From the IMG/VR virus record IMGVR_UViG_3300010399_000031, positions 124,001 through 188,000 of that record: a stretch of DNA of 64,000 nt; one strand, given 5' to 3'. Below the pieces are notes generated by a model. It was not told the DNA's origin and did not search any database. It was given only the letters and a program-made list of their open reading frames with translations. A program made the translations under genes and the position numbers. This document shows, in pieces, positions 21,212 to 30,600 of this stretch; position 1 is the first letter of the stretch, and the number at the start of each line of letters is the position of its first letter.

Positions 21212-21541
21212 ATGCGTAGCTTGTATAAGCGGCACATCAAGATTACGCTCTTGTCTGAAAGTGAGAAGGACCAAGCACATGGTTGGTTCACTACGAGGAA
21301 CAGAGACGATCAAGAAGTAGTTCATTATTTTAAAGGAGAACAAGCGCGTTTTATCGAAACCATTAAGCGTGAGAAGATCATCGGATTAAAGCTGGCTTTG
21401 GAGAAAATCGGCTACACCCCGACATCGATCACCATTCAATATTCACATAACACTTTTACCTTCAAAAACCTCTCGCGGGCTCCGCTCGATCCATTCGAGC
21501 AAGTAACGCAGCCGTTGTACGTGGTACGGGCAATGCAGTAA
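21212..21541 (+). CDS. hypothetical protein
   Basis: GGGAG RBS, 109 aa. Confidence 0.6.
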   Translation: MRSLYKRHIKITLLSESEKDQAHGWFTTRNRDDQEVVHYFKGEQARFIETIKREKIIGLKLALEKIGYTPTSITIQYSHNTFTFKNLSRAPLDPFEQVTQPLYVVRAMQ

Positions 21542-21646
21542 TATTGGTAGTTTCCCAAGGGATTTACCCACCGGGGGAGCTTCATCGAATCTCTTGGGCT
21601 TTTTTTCACCCAGTAATGTTGATAAGAAACTTTTTGGAGAATAAAC

Positions 21647-22753
21647 ATGAGCATCATTGCAAAGATCAAGGCAAAGCTGATTTCCCTGCTCGGTGGTTTA
21701 CCGCGCAATGCTTATAACGAAGTTGACATTCTCTTTTACAAGGATTGCCGACACGCGGGTCACCACGGTATGGTGGTGGTCTCTCACAAGAAACTTCGAC
21801 TTCAGCATGTGGCGGTTCCCTTTCTCTTTCCCGATTTGGCCACTCCTCCGGTTCTGACTGCTCGACTGATGCGAGATATTCAGTCGGCAGCGGAATCGCA
21901 AGGCTATATCTTCCATTATCTCGTCGCTCAGTCGTACGGGGTGGTGGATGATGTCGATTTGTCCGGCGGACAAGAAGCCACCGACGAATGGGACGATCTT
22001 AGCCAAGTTGGCAGCCACTACGCGTTCGATCAACGTAACCTCGAACACCGTATTCCGGCTGTCAATCGTCGCACTACGGTATCTCAACGAAGCCCCATCG
22101 TCGAGCGTCGGGAATCGCTGGGTCGGGCAGCGCGCGAAACACTCGGCGAGTACTCTCAAGAAGAGCGCCAACACGCCGCTCGCACGCACGTTGGTGTGAG
22201 TCACTCGGACATCGAAACCTACCTGGCTCGTTGGTGGTCCGAGAACAATACACGTATTGCGGTCCGCGCCAGTTTGACGATCGATCAAAACCAAGCTGTC
22301 TCGGAGATGATCGAGGTTCGCGTGGCGCACGGCTTCATGAAGCGCGATAAGGTTGGTGTCATCGACCACGATCTGGACGAGATCCTGAACACGTATCTGA
22401 AGGGAATCGGACGTACTGTCCAGAGTGTAAGCGGCAAACATCTGATGGGGGTACAATCGAAGTTGCCGATACCATTCTCCAAACTCAAGGAAGGTAGCAC
22501 GTTGGAACAAATCCAAGAGATGGAGCGCACCGTCGAGCAATTCTTCCCGCGCGGTGAGTACGACGCCTTAACGCAACAGCTGCAAGAGGAGATTCAGACG
22601 CGCGTGCTTATGTCGATCAACAACGACACGGCCCGGCAAAAAGAGCCGGCTGTCATTCGGACGAATGCTCAGCAGATCATCGATGAGTTCCGTCAAGTGC
22701 ATGTACCGGGGGCAGGTTCGCTTAAATTCACGCGGCAAAATACGCAGTCGTAA
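21647..22753 (+). CDS. hypothetical protein
   Basis: GGAG RBS, 368 aa. Confidence 0.7.
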   Translation: MSIIAKIKAKLISLLGGLPRNAYNEVDILFYKDCRHAGHHGMVVVSHKKLRLQHVAVPFLFPDLATPPVLTARLMRDIQSAAESQGYIFHYLVAQSYGVVDDVDLSGGQEATDEWDDLSQVGSHYAFDQRNLEHRIPAVNRRTTVSQRSPIVERRESLGRAARETLGEYSQEERQHAARTHVGVSHSDIETYLARWWSENNTRIAVRASLTIDQNQAVSEMIEVRVAHGFMKRDKVGVIDHDLDEILNTYLKGIGRTVQSVSGKHLMGVQSKLPIPFSKLKEGSTLEQIQEMERTVEQFFPRGEYDALTQQLQEEIQTRVLMSINNDTARQKEPAVIRTNAQQIIDEFRQVHVPGAGSLKFTRQNTQS

Positions 22754-22813
22754 CTCAGAGGCGGGAGGGGATTACTCCTCTCTCATTCAAAGAAATTACG
22801 AGGATGACCTATC

Positions 22814-23101
22814 ATGTTGGAAGCTCTGGGTTTTGTGGACCACACGGTCCAAGTAGTCGTGGTCGATTTTCCGATTCATCGCCACGGCGTGGCGTCGTTT
22901 CAGGGTCAAAGGGTTCCCTTTACCGTGGATCGTCCAGCCAAACTGACTCGACCGCACAAGAGTACAATCGTCAGTATCTTCGAGCAATTCAAAAAGCTGG
23001 AGATACCGGCGCAACTCATTGAATTATGCGTGGGTCGAAAGCGACGTGTGTATAAACTGGTGGATGGCCGGCCTGAACTGGTTCGTTCAGTCTCCGCCTA
23101 G
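22814..23101 (+). CDS. hypothetical protein
   Basis: GAGGA RBS, 95 aa. Confidence 0.55.
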   Translation: MLEALGFVDHTVQVVVVDFPIHRHGVASFQGQRVPFTVDRPAKLTRPHKSTIVSIFEQFKKLEIPAQLIELCVGRKRRVYKLVDGRPELVRSVSA

Positions 23102-23142
23102 CCAAGTAGCCGCAATACCCGTTAGCTAGGCGGTTTTTCAGG

Positions 23143-23180
23143 GGGAGTACACCGAGTCCAGTGTACTCCCTTCTTTTTTT
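23143..23180 (+). terminator. rho-independent terminator
   Basis: GGGAGTACAC...GTGTACTCCC + T run. Confidence 0.7.
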
Positions 23181-23197
23181 ATCGTCGTTGAGCCAAA

Positions 23198-23638
23198 ATG
23201 AAAAATAACCAAGGTATTATTACCACAAGTATGTTCGGGGAAAGCACAGTTGCAGCTTTTCGTCGGATACAGAAGGAAGTGAAAGAAGTTCAAACGCTAA
23301 CCGACCAATCGCTACATTCCATTTTGTTCAACGGCGATTTGATTCCCCACATTGGGTTTGGCAAGCTCTTTCGAATCTCACTGGGTCGACCTAGTGATAT
23401 ACTGGCTATCTCTACCCGGTATGGACCGGTGGTGATGAAGATAGCAGGTAAAGCTCAGGTGGAAGTGTTAGTCAATCGAGCGCTGGAGACATACTTGCTG
23501 TACAAACGTAGCGAGTTGAACTTGAGTTTACTTTCGACCCATAATGCTTTTGTTCAATTTGTTGGATATAAGAACAATCAGGTCGATTTTAAGAATATCG
23601 GGGAGATGGTGGAGTTAGCCCAAACCCATCAAATTTGA
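23198..23638 (+). CDS. conserved jumbo-phage hypothetical protein
   Basis: 146-aa ORF, STRYGPVV motif. Confidence 0.55.
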   Translation: MKNNQGIITTSMFGESTVAAFRRIQKEVKEVQTLTDQSLHSILFNGDLIPHIGFGKLFRISLGRPSDILAISTRYGPVVMKIAGKAQVEVLVNRALETYLLYKRSELNLSLLSTHNAFVQFVGYKNNQVDFKNIGEMVELAQTHQI

Positions 23639-23769
23639 ACTACATATCACCTTAATAGGCTGGTGTTAGCCAACAAACTTTCTCCAGCTTATTTCTCACC
23701 ATCAGCCACATTGCCACCTAGCAGCAAATATTGGGTTGCTAAGAAACCCGCTTAGAACTAAAGGAAAAC

Positions 23770-24432
23770 ATGATGTTGGAGAATAACAAGCATGGGGTTT
23801 TTGTCACATTGGAAGGCAGTGACGGCGCCGGTAAGACGTCCAATGTCTCATTCATCGCTGAGTGTTTGCGTGAGTACGGGTTTCGCATATTGACGACCCG
23901 TGAACCAGGTGGTACTCCCGTTGCTGAGCAACTGCGACATTTGGTACTCCATGAACACATGACAGATGACGCCGAGTTGTTGATCTTTGCAGCGGCCCGC
24001 GCTGACCACATCGCTACCGTCATTAAACCAGCGATGGCCGAAGGTACGGTTGTACTTTCTGATCGTTTCCACGACTCCACTATAGCGTATCAAGGTTGGG
24101 GTCGAAAGTTGCTTAGTAAGGTGCACGAACTAGATAAGTTCGTTCGGCAAGGGTTCGAGCCGGACCATACGCTTTTTTTCGATATTCCCTTTGAAGAGTG
24201 TTTGAATCGTTTATCCAAACGCAGCGACAAACAAGATCGAATCGATCAGGAAGCCATCGATTTCAAAAAGCGTGTTTGGGAAGGATACCAAAATTGCTTT
24301 AATTCCAATCGCCATCGAATGGTGCGGATTGATGCACTGAACGATCCTGAACATGTTCGTGAACAATTGCGTCGTTGGGTGCACGAGAAATTCACACCCA
24401 AGTACGAACATCTGCGCCATTTTCCGCGATAA
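23770..24432 (+). CDS. tmk: thymidylate (dTMP) kinase
   Basis: P-loop LEGSDGAGKTS, TREPGGT, LIFAAARADH, SDRF. Confidence 0.93.
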   Translation: MMLENNKHGVFVTLEGSDGAGKTSNVSFIAECLREYGFRILTTREPGGTPVAEQLRHLVLHEHMTDDAELLIFAAARADHIATVIKPAMAEGTVVLSDRFHDSTIAYQGWGRKLLSKVHELDKFVRQGFEPDHTLFFDIPFEECLNRLSKRSDKQDRIDQEAIDFKKRVWEGYQNCFNSNRHRMVRIDALNDPEHVREQLRRWVHEKFTPKYEHLRHFPR

Positions 24433-24443
24433 GGAGTTTAAAT

Positions 24444-25199
24444 ATGCAGTTCTTCCCACATTTGGTTGATGAAAGAGAAATCACTCGGGAACAGCGTATC
24501 GAGTTCATGACAGATCTCCAGAAATGGGGTATCATGGTCAATGGTACTCCCGCGCAACAAGAGCAAGCGCGCCAGTGGTTTAAAGAACACTACATCGGTA
24601 TTGCTGATGGTTCGGTGTGTTTTCGTATTGAACCGGAACAAGTAGAAAAGGTAGAGAAAACCGAGAAAGCAAAAGCCGAAGATATCCTGGCTTTCAACGA
24701 GCTTTTTAAGCATTACATCCATCTTGCAGAGGGCGGTGATCTCGGTTTGAAAGAAGTGTGTGAATGGATTGCCAATCGGTTTTGGTGTAAGGACATACAA
24801 ACTAGGGAAATGCTTTATATCGCCATTAAAGGACATGAGAGGTTCGACGGTTTTGCGCTCTCAGTTGCTAAAATGAACGAATGGCATCCTTTTACACTGG
24901 CGTTTGAGGCGCACCGAATAGGTAAAGACGGGTTGATTTCAGCCATGAATCAACCAGGAATGAACCATCAGTATAATGCTTACATGCGGCTGGTGGCGAT
25001 GTTTCTGATTTTGTGCCGACAGTATAAAGTTGTAATGCGATTCATGCAAAACTGTGTGTTTTACACAGTCCAGAAAGGTGACACCATGGATGTCATTGCC
25101 AGTAAGTTTAACACTTCGATCGGCAAACTACTGGAGTTGAACCAACTCCAAGCGGCTGATCGAATCTACGCGGGACAAAAGTTACGCGTCGTTATTTAG
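24444..25199 (+). CDS. protein with C-terminal LysM domain
   Basis: YTVQKGDTMDVIASKFNTSIGKLLELNQL...IYAGQKLRV; start moved to ATG after AAGGAG. Confidence 0.8.
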   Translation: MQFFPHLVDEREITREQRIEFMTDLQKWGIMVNGTPAQQEQARQWFKEHYIGIADGSVCFRIEPEQVEKVEKTEKAKAEDILAFNELFKHYIHLAEGGDLGLKEVCEWIANRFWCKDIQTREMLYIAIKGHERFDGFALSVAKMNEWHPFTLAFEAHRIGKDGLISAMNQPGMNHQYNAYMRLVAMFLILCRQYKVVMRFMQNCVFYTVQKGDTMDVIASKFNTSIGKLLELNQLQAADRIYAGQKLRVVI

Positions 25200-25209
25200 G
25201 AGTATTATC

Positions 25210-25500
25210 GTGAACATCCATCAATCGGATCAACTTCGTGAGCGCCTCGATCGCGAGCTTGCTCCGTTTCTTCGACTCGGCAAAAGTGAGGACATGGAGG
25301 ATTTTTACCAGGCAGTTGACTGGGTCCGGGAAAATTGCACTTTCACCGAGGATGGGAGCGTGATGTATCACGGTGGCACCAACGAGGCAATCCCGCTGCA
25401 CATGCAGGTCAAACGTGGTGATCGGTTCTATCGTCTACTGGAAGACGAAGCCGAGCGCAACAACAAACACTTGAACAAAGCGGCATTGGCGGCCGCCTAA
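25210..25500 (+). CDS. hypothetical protein
   Basis: GGAG RBS, GTG start, 96 aa. Confidence 0.6.
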   Translation: MNIHQSDQLRERLDRELAPFLRLGKSEDMEDFYQAVDWVRENCTFTEDGSVMYHGGTNEAIPLHMQVKRGDRFYRLLEDEAERNNKHLNKAALAAA

Positions 25501-25519
25501 AAGAGGAAGGGAAAATGAA

Positions 25520-26206
25520 ATGTATTCACTGGGAGGAATAAAGATTCCGAGAATCAAACTCTGTGGGGCATACACCATTACCCATGTCGCATCCGGTGGC
25601 GTCTACATTGGTAGTACCCAGGATCTCCGATTACGAGAGATGCAACACCGGTGGACATTGCGGAAAAATAGACATAGAAATCCGAAACTACAAGCCGCTT
25701 TCAATAGTGATCCGAGATTGGAATTTTTCCATGTCATCACGGAAACACGGGAAGAAGCGTATGATTTTGAACAACAGATGTTGAATCATCATAAAGACAA
25801 TCCGCTGTTGTTCAATGTCGCATTGGATGCAAGAAATCCGGCTTCTAATCCGACGTTATATAGCTCAGAATCACGTGAAAAACAACGTTTGAAGTTGCTT
25901 GGTAGAAAACCTTCTGCTGAAACAAGAGCAAAATGGGTAGCGCAACGTACCGGTTTAAAAGCCCGGCCAGAAACACGTGCAAAGATGTCCGCAGCTGGGA
26001 AAAAGGTAGATAAAACAATTTGTATTAACAATCTCCTGCGGTCGAGTTTGAAAAGAAGAAAACCTATTATTGCGGGTGGTGCTCAATATCCGTCAATCAA
26101 GGATGCTTGTCGCGCTTTTAATTTAACCATCTCTGCGGTCTTGAATAGATGCAGACACCAAACGAAGTATCAGGATTGGTATTTCATTAGCCCAGAAAAG
26201 GAATAA
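25520..26206 (+). CDS. free-standing GIY-YIG homing endonuclease
   Basis: GAY-10-YIG variant, R...H, FNV; NUMOD-like repeats and C-terminal HTH (YPSIKDACR). Confidence 0.85.
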   Translation: MYSLGGIKIPRIKLCGAYTITHVASGGVYIGSTQDLRLREMQHRWTLRKNRHRNPKLQAAFNSDPRLEFFHVITETREEAYDFEQQMLNHHKDNPLLFNVALDARNPASNPTLYSSESREKQRLKLLGRKPSAETRAKWVAQRTGLKARPETRAKMSAAGKKVDKTICINNLLRSSLKRRKPIIAGGAQYPSIKDACRAFNLTISAVLNRCRHQTKYQDWYFISPEKE

Positions 26207-26212
26207 ATCAAA

Positions 26213-27181
26213 ATGATTGAACTTGAACAAAAACGCCACGCCCAATGGATCATTGCGATCGATTTGGAATACTGCATGAAGTTCTTCAAGCCGGGGTTTA
26301 ACGCGGTTTCGCTGGAGGACTTCATCAAAGGGGTCCCGGCGCACCGACTTATCGAGAAGGGTGTGGAAGTGAAAACGATCCACTACCAGGACGATCTGGC
26401 CAGCCGCACGATGCTGCGTGAGCGCCATCGGTTGGAGTTCGATAAGAACTTCCTCCAACCGCTGAACTATCTCGTGCTCAAGCAGAGCTTGCTCACCCAG
26501 AAGCACGATATCTCGGGTTCGACGTGGGATGACTTCTTCTCCACGTACTACCGTAAGAAGGGTGTGGGTGAATCGCGACTCGAAGACAAGATGTCAATCG
26601 GCTGGGGTGGGCACACCGACTGGGACATGGTGGCGTGGGATAAGCATGACGCGGTCGATTACCTTCAGACGGCGCGCAATAACATGATGCTGGAGTTATC
26701 TCAAGAGTGTCGCTTTCGCTTCATCGATACGGATCGGGAGTACGAGTCGAACGATCTGATTGATAAGCACACCACGTTCAAGGGTTTCATCTGGGATCCG
26801 TCGGACGATGTCGGTCAGCACCACCTTGCACTTGTCTGGGAGGTGAAGGTGCCTGAATCGATCGCAATCGAGTCGCGTGAAGACGAGCATAAGCTCGGAG
26901 CGATGTGCAATCGCGATGAGTTGATGAAGCAAAAGAACTCTCGCGCCGACCTGTACGAGAACTGGTCGAATATCGTGATCGACGAGATCTGCAAAGACAG
27001 CTGGGACTACTTTGGCTCAGTCAGCGAGGTGCAAACTCATCCTTTCGCGAAGTACGACAGCAACCTTGTCGAACCCGCGATCGAGTGGCCGCAGCCCCAA
27101 GTCGATATCCAAGAAGAAGCGGTAAAGGCCGTGGATCCGCTCACCGAGTTGCAGTCTCAACTCGGACCGCGTATGCAGTAA
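26213..27181 (+). CDS. MutT/NUDIX-like phosphoesterase (COG4112/YmaB-like)
   Basis: SIGWGGH, degenerate Nudix box (LELSQE), GFIWDPSDDVGQHHL. Confidence 0.65.
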   Translation: MIELEQKRHAQWIIAIDLEYCMKFFKPGFNAVSLEDFIKGVPAHRLIEKGVEVKTIHYQDDLASRTMLRERHRLEFDKNFLQPLNYLVLKQSLLTQKHDISGSTWDDFFSTYYRKKGVGESRLEDKMSIGWGGHTDWDMVAWDKHDAVDYLQTARNNMMLELSQECRFRFIDTDREYESNDLIDKHTTFKGFIWDPSDDVGQHHLALVWEVKVPESIAIESREDEHKLGAMCNRDELMKQKNSRADLYENWSNIVIDEICKDSWDYFGSVSEVQTHPFAKYDSNLVEPAIEWPQPQVDIQEEAVKAVDPLTELQSQLGPRMQ

Positions 27182-27206
27182 ATACACGGTGTGTTTGTTG
27201 CCAAAA

Positions 27207-27234
27207 GGGAGTGGTTACAGCCACTCCCTTTTTA
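27207..27234 (+). terminator. rho-independent terminator
   Basis: GGGAGTGG...CCACTCCC + T6. Confidence 0.75.
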
Positions 27235-27256
27235 TTCCCTCGATCAATAAGGTGCA

Positions 27257-27703
27257 GTGATGACCAATATCATCTCAGGCGGTAAGGAATTGATTCCTCC
27301 GTTTAGTCGTTCCCCGATTGTGATGAAACCGGTATCTCCCATTGAATTTCTCGATATGTTGCGCGAGAAGGTGGCTAATAAGCAACTGATGCCGACTTCA
27401 GAAGGTTCGTCGCTTCACTCCAAACCCGAATACATTCAGGGTAGGGATTTGGAGCACTTTCACCATAAGTGTCTTTTCGAAGCATATCCAACGTACGCAT
27501 GCTGGGACGGTGCTTACGGCCACGCGTCTGAAACTTACGTTGTACTGCCTGTTGGCGATTTAGTTATTCTCGCTGCACTTAAGAGTCTGAATTTGTGGGT
27601 CGGTTTTCCAGGTAATGGTGAAGCCTGGATCTGGCCATGGCAGAATCAAGAACTTTGCATCGATCGCATTGAACTTGCAAACCAATTTAACCAATTAGGC
27701 TAA
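27257..27703 (+). CDS. hypothetical protein
   Basis: 148-aa ORF after AAGGTG. Confidence 0.55.
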   Translation: MMTNIISGGKELIPPFSRSPIVMKPVSPIEFLDMLREKVANKQLMPTSEGSSLHSKPEYIQGRDLEHFHHKCLFEAYPTYACWDGAYGHASETYVVLPVGDLVILAALKSLNLWVGFPGNGEAWIWPWQNQELCIDRIELANQFNQLG

Positions 27704-27715
27704 GGAGCCAAGAAC

Positions 27716-28897
27716 ATGCAAATCCTGAAGGGTCAAATCGAAATCTCGATGAACGCCGGTGTCATGATCACCGACATTCGCTCCGGCAATTTGCTTGTCG
27801 AGACGCGCGACATCGAAGGTAGCGCTCCGACGGATCGGGTGGTTGCGTTGAGTACGGTAGGAGTGAAGGACCAACTCGGCGAGTTCTTCTCGAACTGCAC
27901 GTTCAAAGAGCGCGAGATCGATAAGTACACCTTCGGCGACAATCTTTACGATCGACTGATCGAAATCAACATGGACCGGCAAACGATCGCCGGTATGCTC
28001 TATTGGTCGAGCGAGACGGGTGATTACAAAATGGTTCCGTCTACCATTTCGATGACCAGTGACTGGAAAGTGGTCTTGACGGTTATGCGTACGGGTGATG
28101 CGCAGGAAATCGTTCAGAAAGAACACGTCGACTGGGACAACATGAGTAAGATCGAGAAGTATGATTTCATCCTCTCGAAGTTTTCTCAACTACTCACCGA
28201 TGAACCCCTGACCGAACAAGAAGGGTTCGAGTTGGCCACCCATAAGCACTACAAGGGTGGGTTGTATCGTGAACTAGGTAAGATCCGTAACGCCGACGAT
28301 GGTTCGGACCGAGCGCTTTACTTGCATCTGCATCCGCACGAGCTTAGCGCTTGGCACCGTGATACCAACGAATTCAACGGTTTTCTCGAAGACAGCCGTC
28401 AGCGTTTTGCACCGATCGAGGATGAATTGCCATTCATCTTGAACGACGACGGAGTCTCAACGCAAGTACATGTTGTTTTGCGCAAGCTCTCGGACGAACC
28501 GATCTCTGGCATTAAGCTCTCGGTTGATGATACTCAAACGATGCTATCCAATCTGAACGAGCGGGCTAATACAACTGGTGTTCACGGTGAATTCGGTCAA
28601 CCAGCGGCTAACGCTGGCGATAATCGTTTTCAGAAGGTGGAAGAGTTCAACCAGTGTTGCAGCTTCACGAATTTCTCTATTCAGGAAGTGGTGACGCGCA
28701 AGAATAAGCGAGTATCTGCTTTGGCTGCGCGGGTTCAACCAAGTGGTTTGATGGCGATGGATTTTCTCGATTCAATGCGAAAGAACGGCGTCGGCTTTGC
28801 AATGCGGTGTTTTGGTGAATCGGTGATTACGAACGGTGGAAACTACCTTGTTCCGAAGCAGATCATCACGTTCGATTTCGTCGCCAAGAAAAAATAA
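27716..28897 (+). CDS. multidomain protein: DUF1653-like domain plus degenerate prohead-protease-like C-terminus
   Basis: HYKGGLY...ALY...WHRD..EF; C-term GEFGQP...GFAMR...ITFDFV. Confidence 0.55.
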   Translation: MQILKGQIEISMNAGVMITDIRSGNLLVETRDIEGSAPTDRVVALSTVGVKDQLGEFFSNCTFKEREIDKYTFGDNLYDRLIEINMDRQTIAGMLYWSSETGDYKMVPSTISMTSDWKVVLTVMRTGDAQEIVQKEHVDWDNMSKIEKYDFILSKFSQLLTDEPLTEQEGFELATHKHYKGGLYRELGKIRNADDGSDRALYLHLHPHELSAWHRDTNEFNGFLEDSRQRFAPIEDELPFILNDDGVSTQVHVVLRKLSDEPISGIKLSVDDTQTMLSNLNERANTTGVHGEFGQPAANAGDNRFQKVEEFNQCCSFTNFSIQEVVTRKNKRVSALAARVQPSGLMAMDFLDSMRKNGVGFAMRCFGESVITNGGNYLVPKQIITFDFVAKKK

Positions 28898-28952
28898 GAA
28901 AGATTGCGACGGAAGATAAAATTCTTCCGCCACTTTTAATGCGAGGTTTTCC

Positions 28953-29825
28953 ATGGGTCTCGACGTTTATCTCTACAAGTGCCCAAATTTAAAGTACGCC
29001 ATCAAGATGCAAGAAGCGTACCAAGCGGCGCTCGATCAGATTTACAAAGAGTGGGATGAACTGAGTAAAGCCGGTCCTCCCACTCAAGCAACTGAAGACG
29101 AGTTTAATAAGAAAAGAGCAGACGCGAAAGAGAAGTTCGAGATCGATGGATATAACCACAAGAGTCTCGAACATATCGAGTTCGATTCAAAGACGGAACC
29201 CGAGCATCTCTTTAAAATCGGGTACATGCGTTCCAGTTACAACGGAGCAGGAATCAACTCAGTGGCCAGGGTATTTGATCTGCCTGATTTGTACACGATC
29301 TTTGAGATCGATAACGATGAGTACTATCAGGAAATCGATTGGGATACGATTTACCTGAACGTGAATGATGCACTGGAGAAGTGGCAAGCACACGCCGATA
29401 GTCCAGCTGGTAAGTATTACGTGCAGACGTTTCGTCCGAACTTCAGCAACAAACTCAACTCTTCTGGCCGCTTGATCCCGGATGGTGTCACCAACGAACA
29501 TGAAGCCATCGAGCGACTGAATGAAAACTACCTAAAGAAAAAGGAAGAGATCGATAAAGACGAGTGGAAATCATCAGGATGGATTAGCCGTGAGGGTGCG
29601 TTTTATCCCAAACCGCTGAAAGTTGCCGCCATTATCGCAGGTGCTTGGAATCCTGAACAACCGCTTCATTTTCTCAATATGCCAGTGACCTATCTGGTGT
29701 GTGAGCGAGAAGACGGCAATTCCATTCAGTGGTACGTCACAGCGCTTCAGATCGTTCAAGAAATGGTTGAATGGATCTTGGAGCACCCGGATAAAAATCA
29801 GTTCTATCTGGGTTGGTCGGGCTAA
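28953..29825 (+). CDS. conserved phage hypothetical protein
   Basis: MGLDVYLY...FKIGYMRSSYN, GAGGT RBS. Confidence 0.7.
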   Translation: MGLDVYLYKCPNLKYAIKMQEAYQAALDQIYKEWDELSKAGPPTQATEDEFNKKRADAKEKFEIDGYNHKSLEHIEFDSKTEPEHLFKIGYMRSSYNGAGINSVARVFDLPDLYTIFEIDNDEYYQEIDWDTIYLNVNDALEKWQAHADSPAGKYYVQTFRPNFSNKLNSSGRLIPDGVTNEHEAIERLNENYLKKKEEIDKDEWKSSGWISREGAFYPKPLKVAAIIAGAWNPEQPLHFLNMPVTYLVCEREDGNSIQWYVTALQIVQEMVEWILEHPDKNQFYLGWSG

Positions 29826-29835
29826 GGAGAAGACG

Positions 29836-30096
29836 GTGGATATTGAAGAGCAACTAAAGAAATGGGAAGAAGGGCAGTCGCTCCACAACGAAGAACGCGG
29901 TGAATGTTGTCCTGACTTCTCCTGTTGTCAGCCGAACTTGCTCGCCCCTTCACACGAGAGGCAAGCTTTCGCTAAAGCTTATCGAGAAGAAGGTTCAGAT
30001 TCGCCGATTGTGCAATCGATGTTGATGGGTTTTCTGACCAGGATGATCGGCAATCAAACGTACGTTGCTGGAAATACATCCGATACGATCAATTAA
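29836..30096 (+). CDS. small Cys-containing hypothetical protein
   Basis: AAGGAG RBS, GTG start, CCPDFSCC. Confidence 0.6.
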   Translation: MDIEEQLKKWEEGQSLHNEERGECCPDFSCCQPNLLAPSHERQAFAKAYREEGSDSPIVQSMLMGFLTRMIGNQTYVAGNTSDTIN

Positions 30097-30106
30097 GAGA
30101 GGGCGA

Positions 30107-30343
30107 ATGAATACTGAAGACTTATCTTACGCGCTCGTTCAACGCTTGCGGTTAATTGACATCGTTTTAGAACACTCCAATGTGTTTAACCGCAAGATTC
30201 TGATGGATTATTTCGGTATCTCGATGCCTCAGGCGAGTACCGATTTGGCCAATTACATCAAACTCACGCCGGGTAACCTCATCTACGATAAGAGCAATAA
30301 AACCTATCGGCGTGCACCCACCTTTCAGCGAGTTTGGAAATGA
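30107..30343 (+). CDS. stand-alone CapW/BrxR-like winged-HTH (no WYL domain)
   Basis: QRLRLID...NRKILMDYFGISMPQASTDLANY...PGNLIYDKSNKTY matches N-terminus of WYL repressors. Confidence 0.7.
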   Translation: MNTEDLSYALVQRLRLIDIVLEHSNVFNRKILMDYFGISMPQASTDLANYIKLTPGNLIYDKSNKTYRRAPTFQRVWK

Positions 30344-30591
30344 AATTCATCTTCAACGATCACAATCAGTCGATTTGCCGTGTCCAGTCGATCAAATTCC
30401 TCACTGCCGGGGAAGACTTTGCTGATCCCCGCATCCTGATCTCGGCCTTCGGTACGAGTGCTGGTCGCATGGATCCACTCAAAGCAGCGATGCAGTGCAA
30501 ATTGGCGTACAAACATGTGCATCGTGCACCGATCGAAGCAATCACCCAGCAGATGTTTGCTGACCACCAAGCCATTGCGCAATGGGTTTAA
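30340..30591 (+). CDS. hypothetical protein
   Basis: ATGA overlap with upstream gene. Confidence 0.6.
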   Translation: MKFIFNDHNQSICRVQSIKFLTAGEDFADPRILISAFGTSAGRMDPLKAAMQCKLAYKHVHRAPIEAITQQMFADHQAIAQWV

Positions 30592-30600
30592 GGAGTATAA

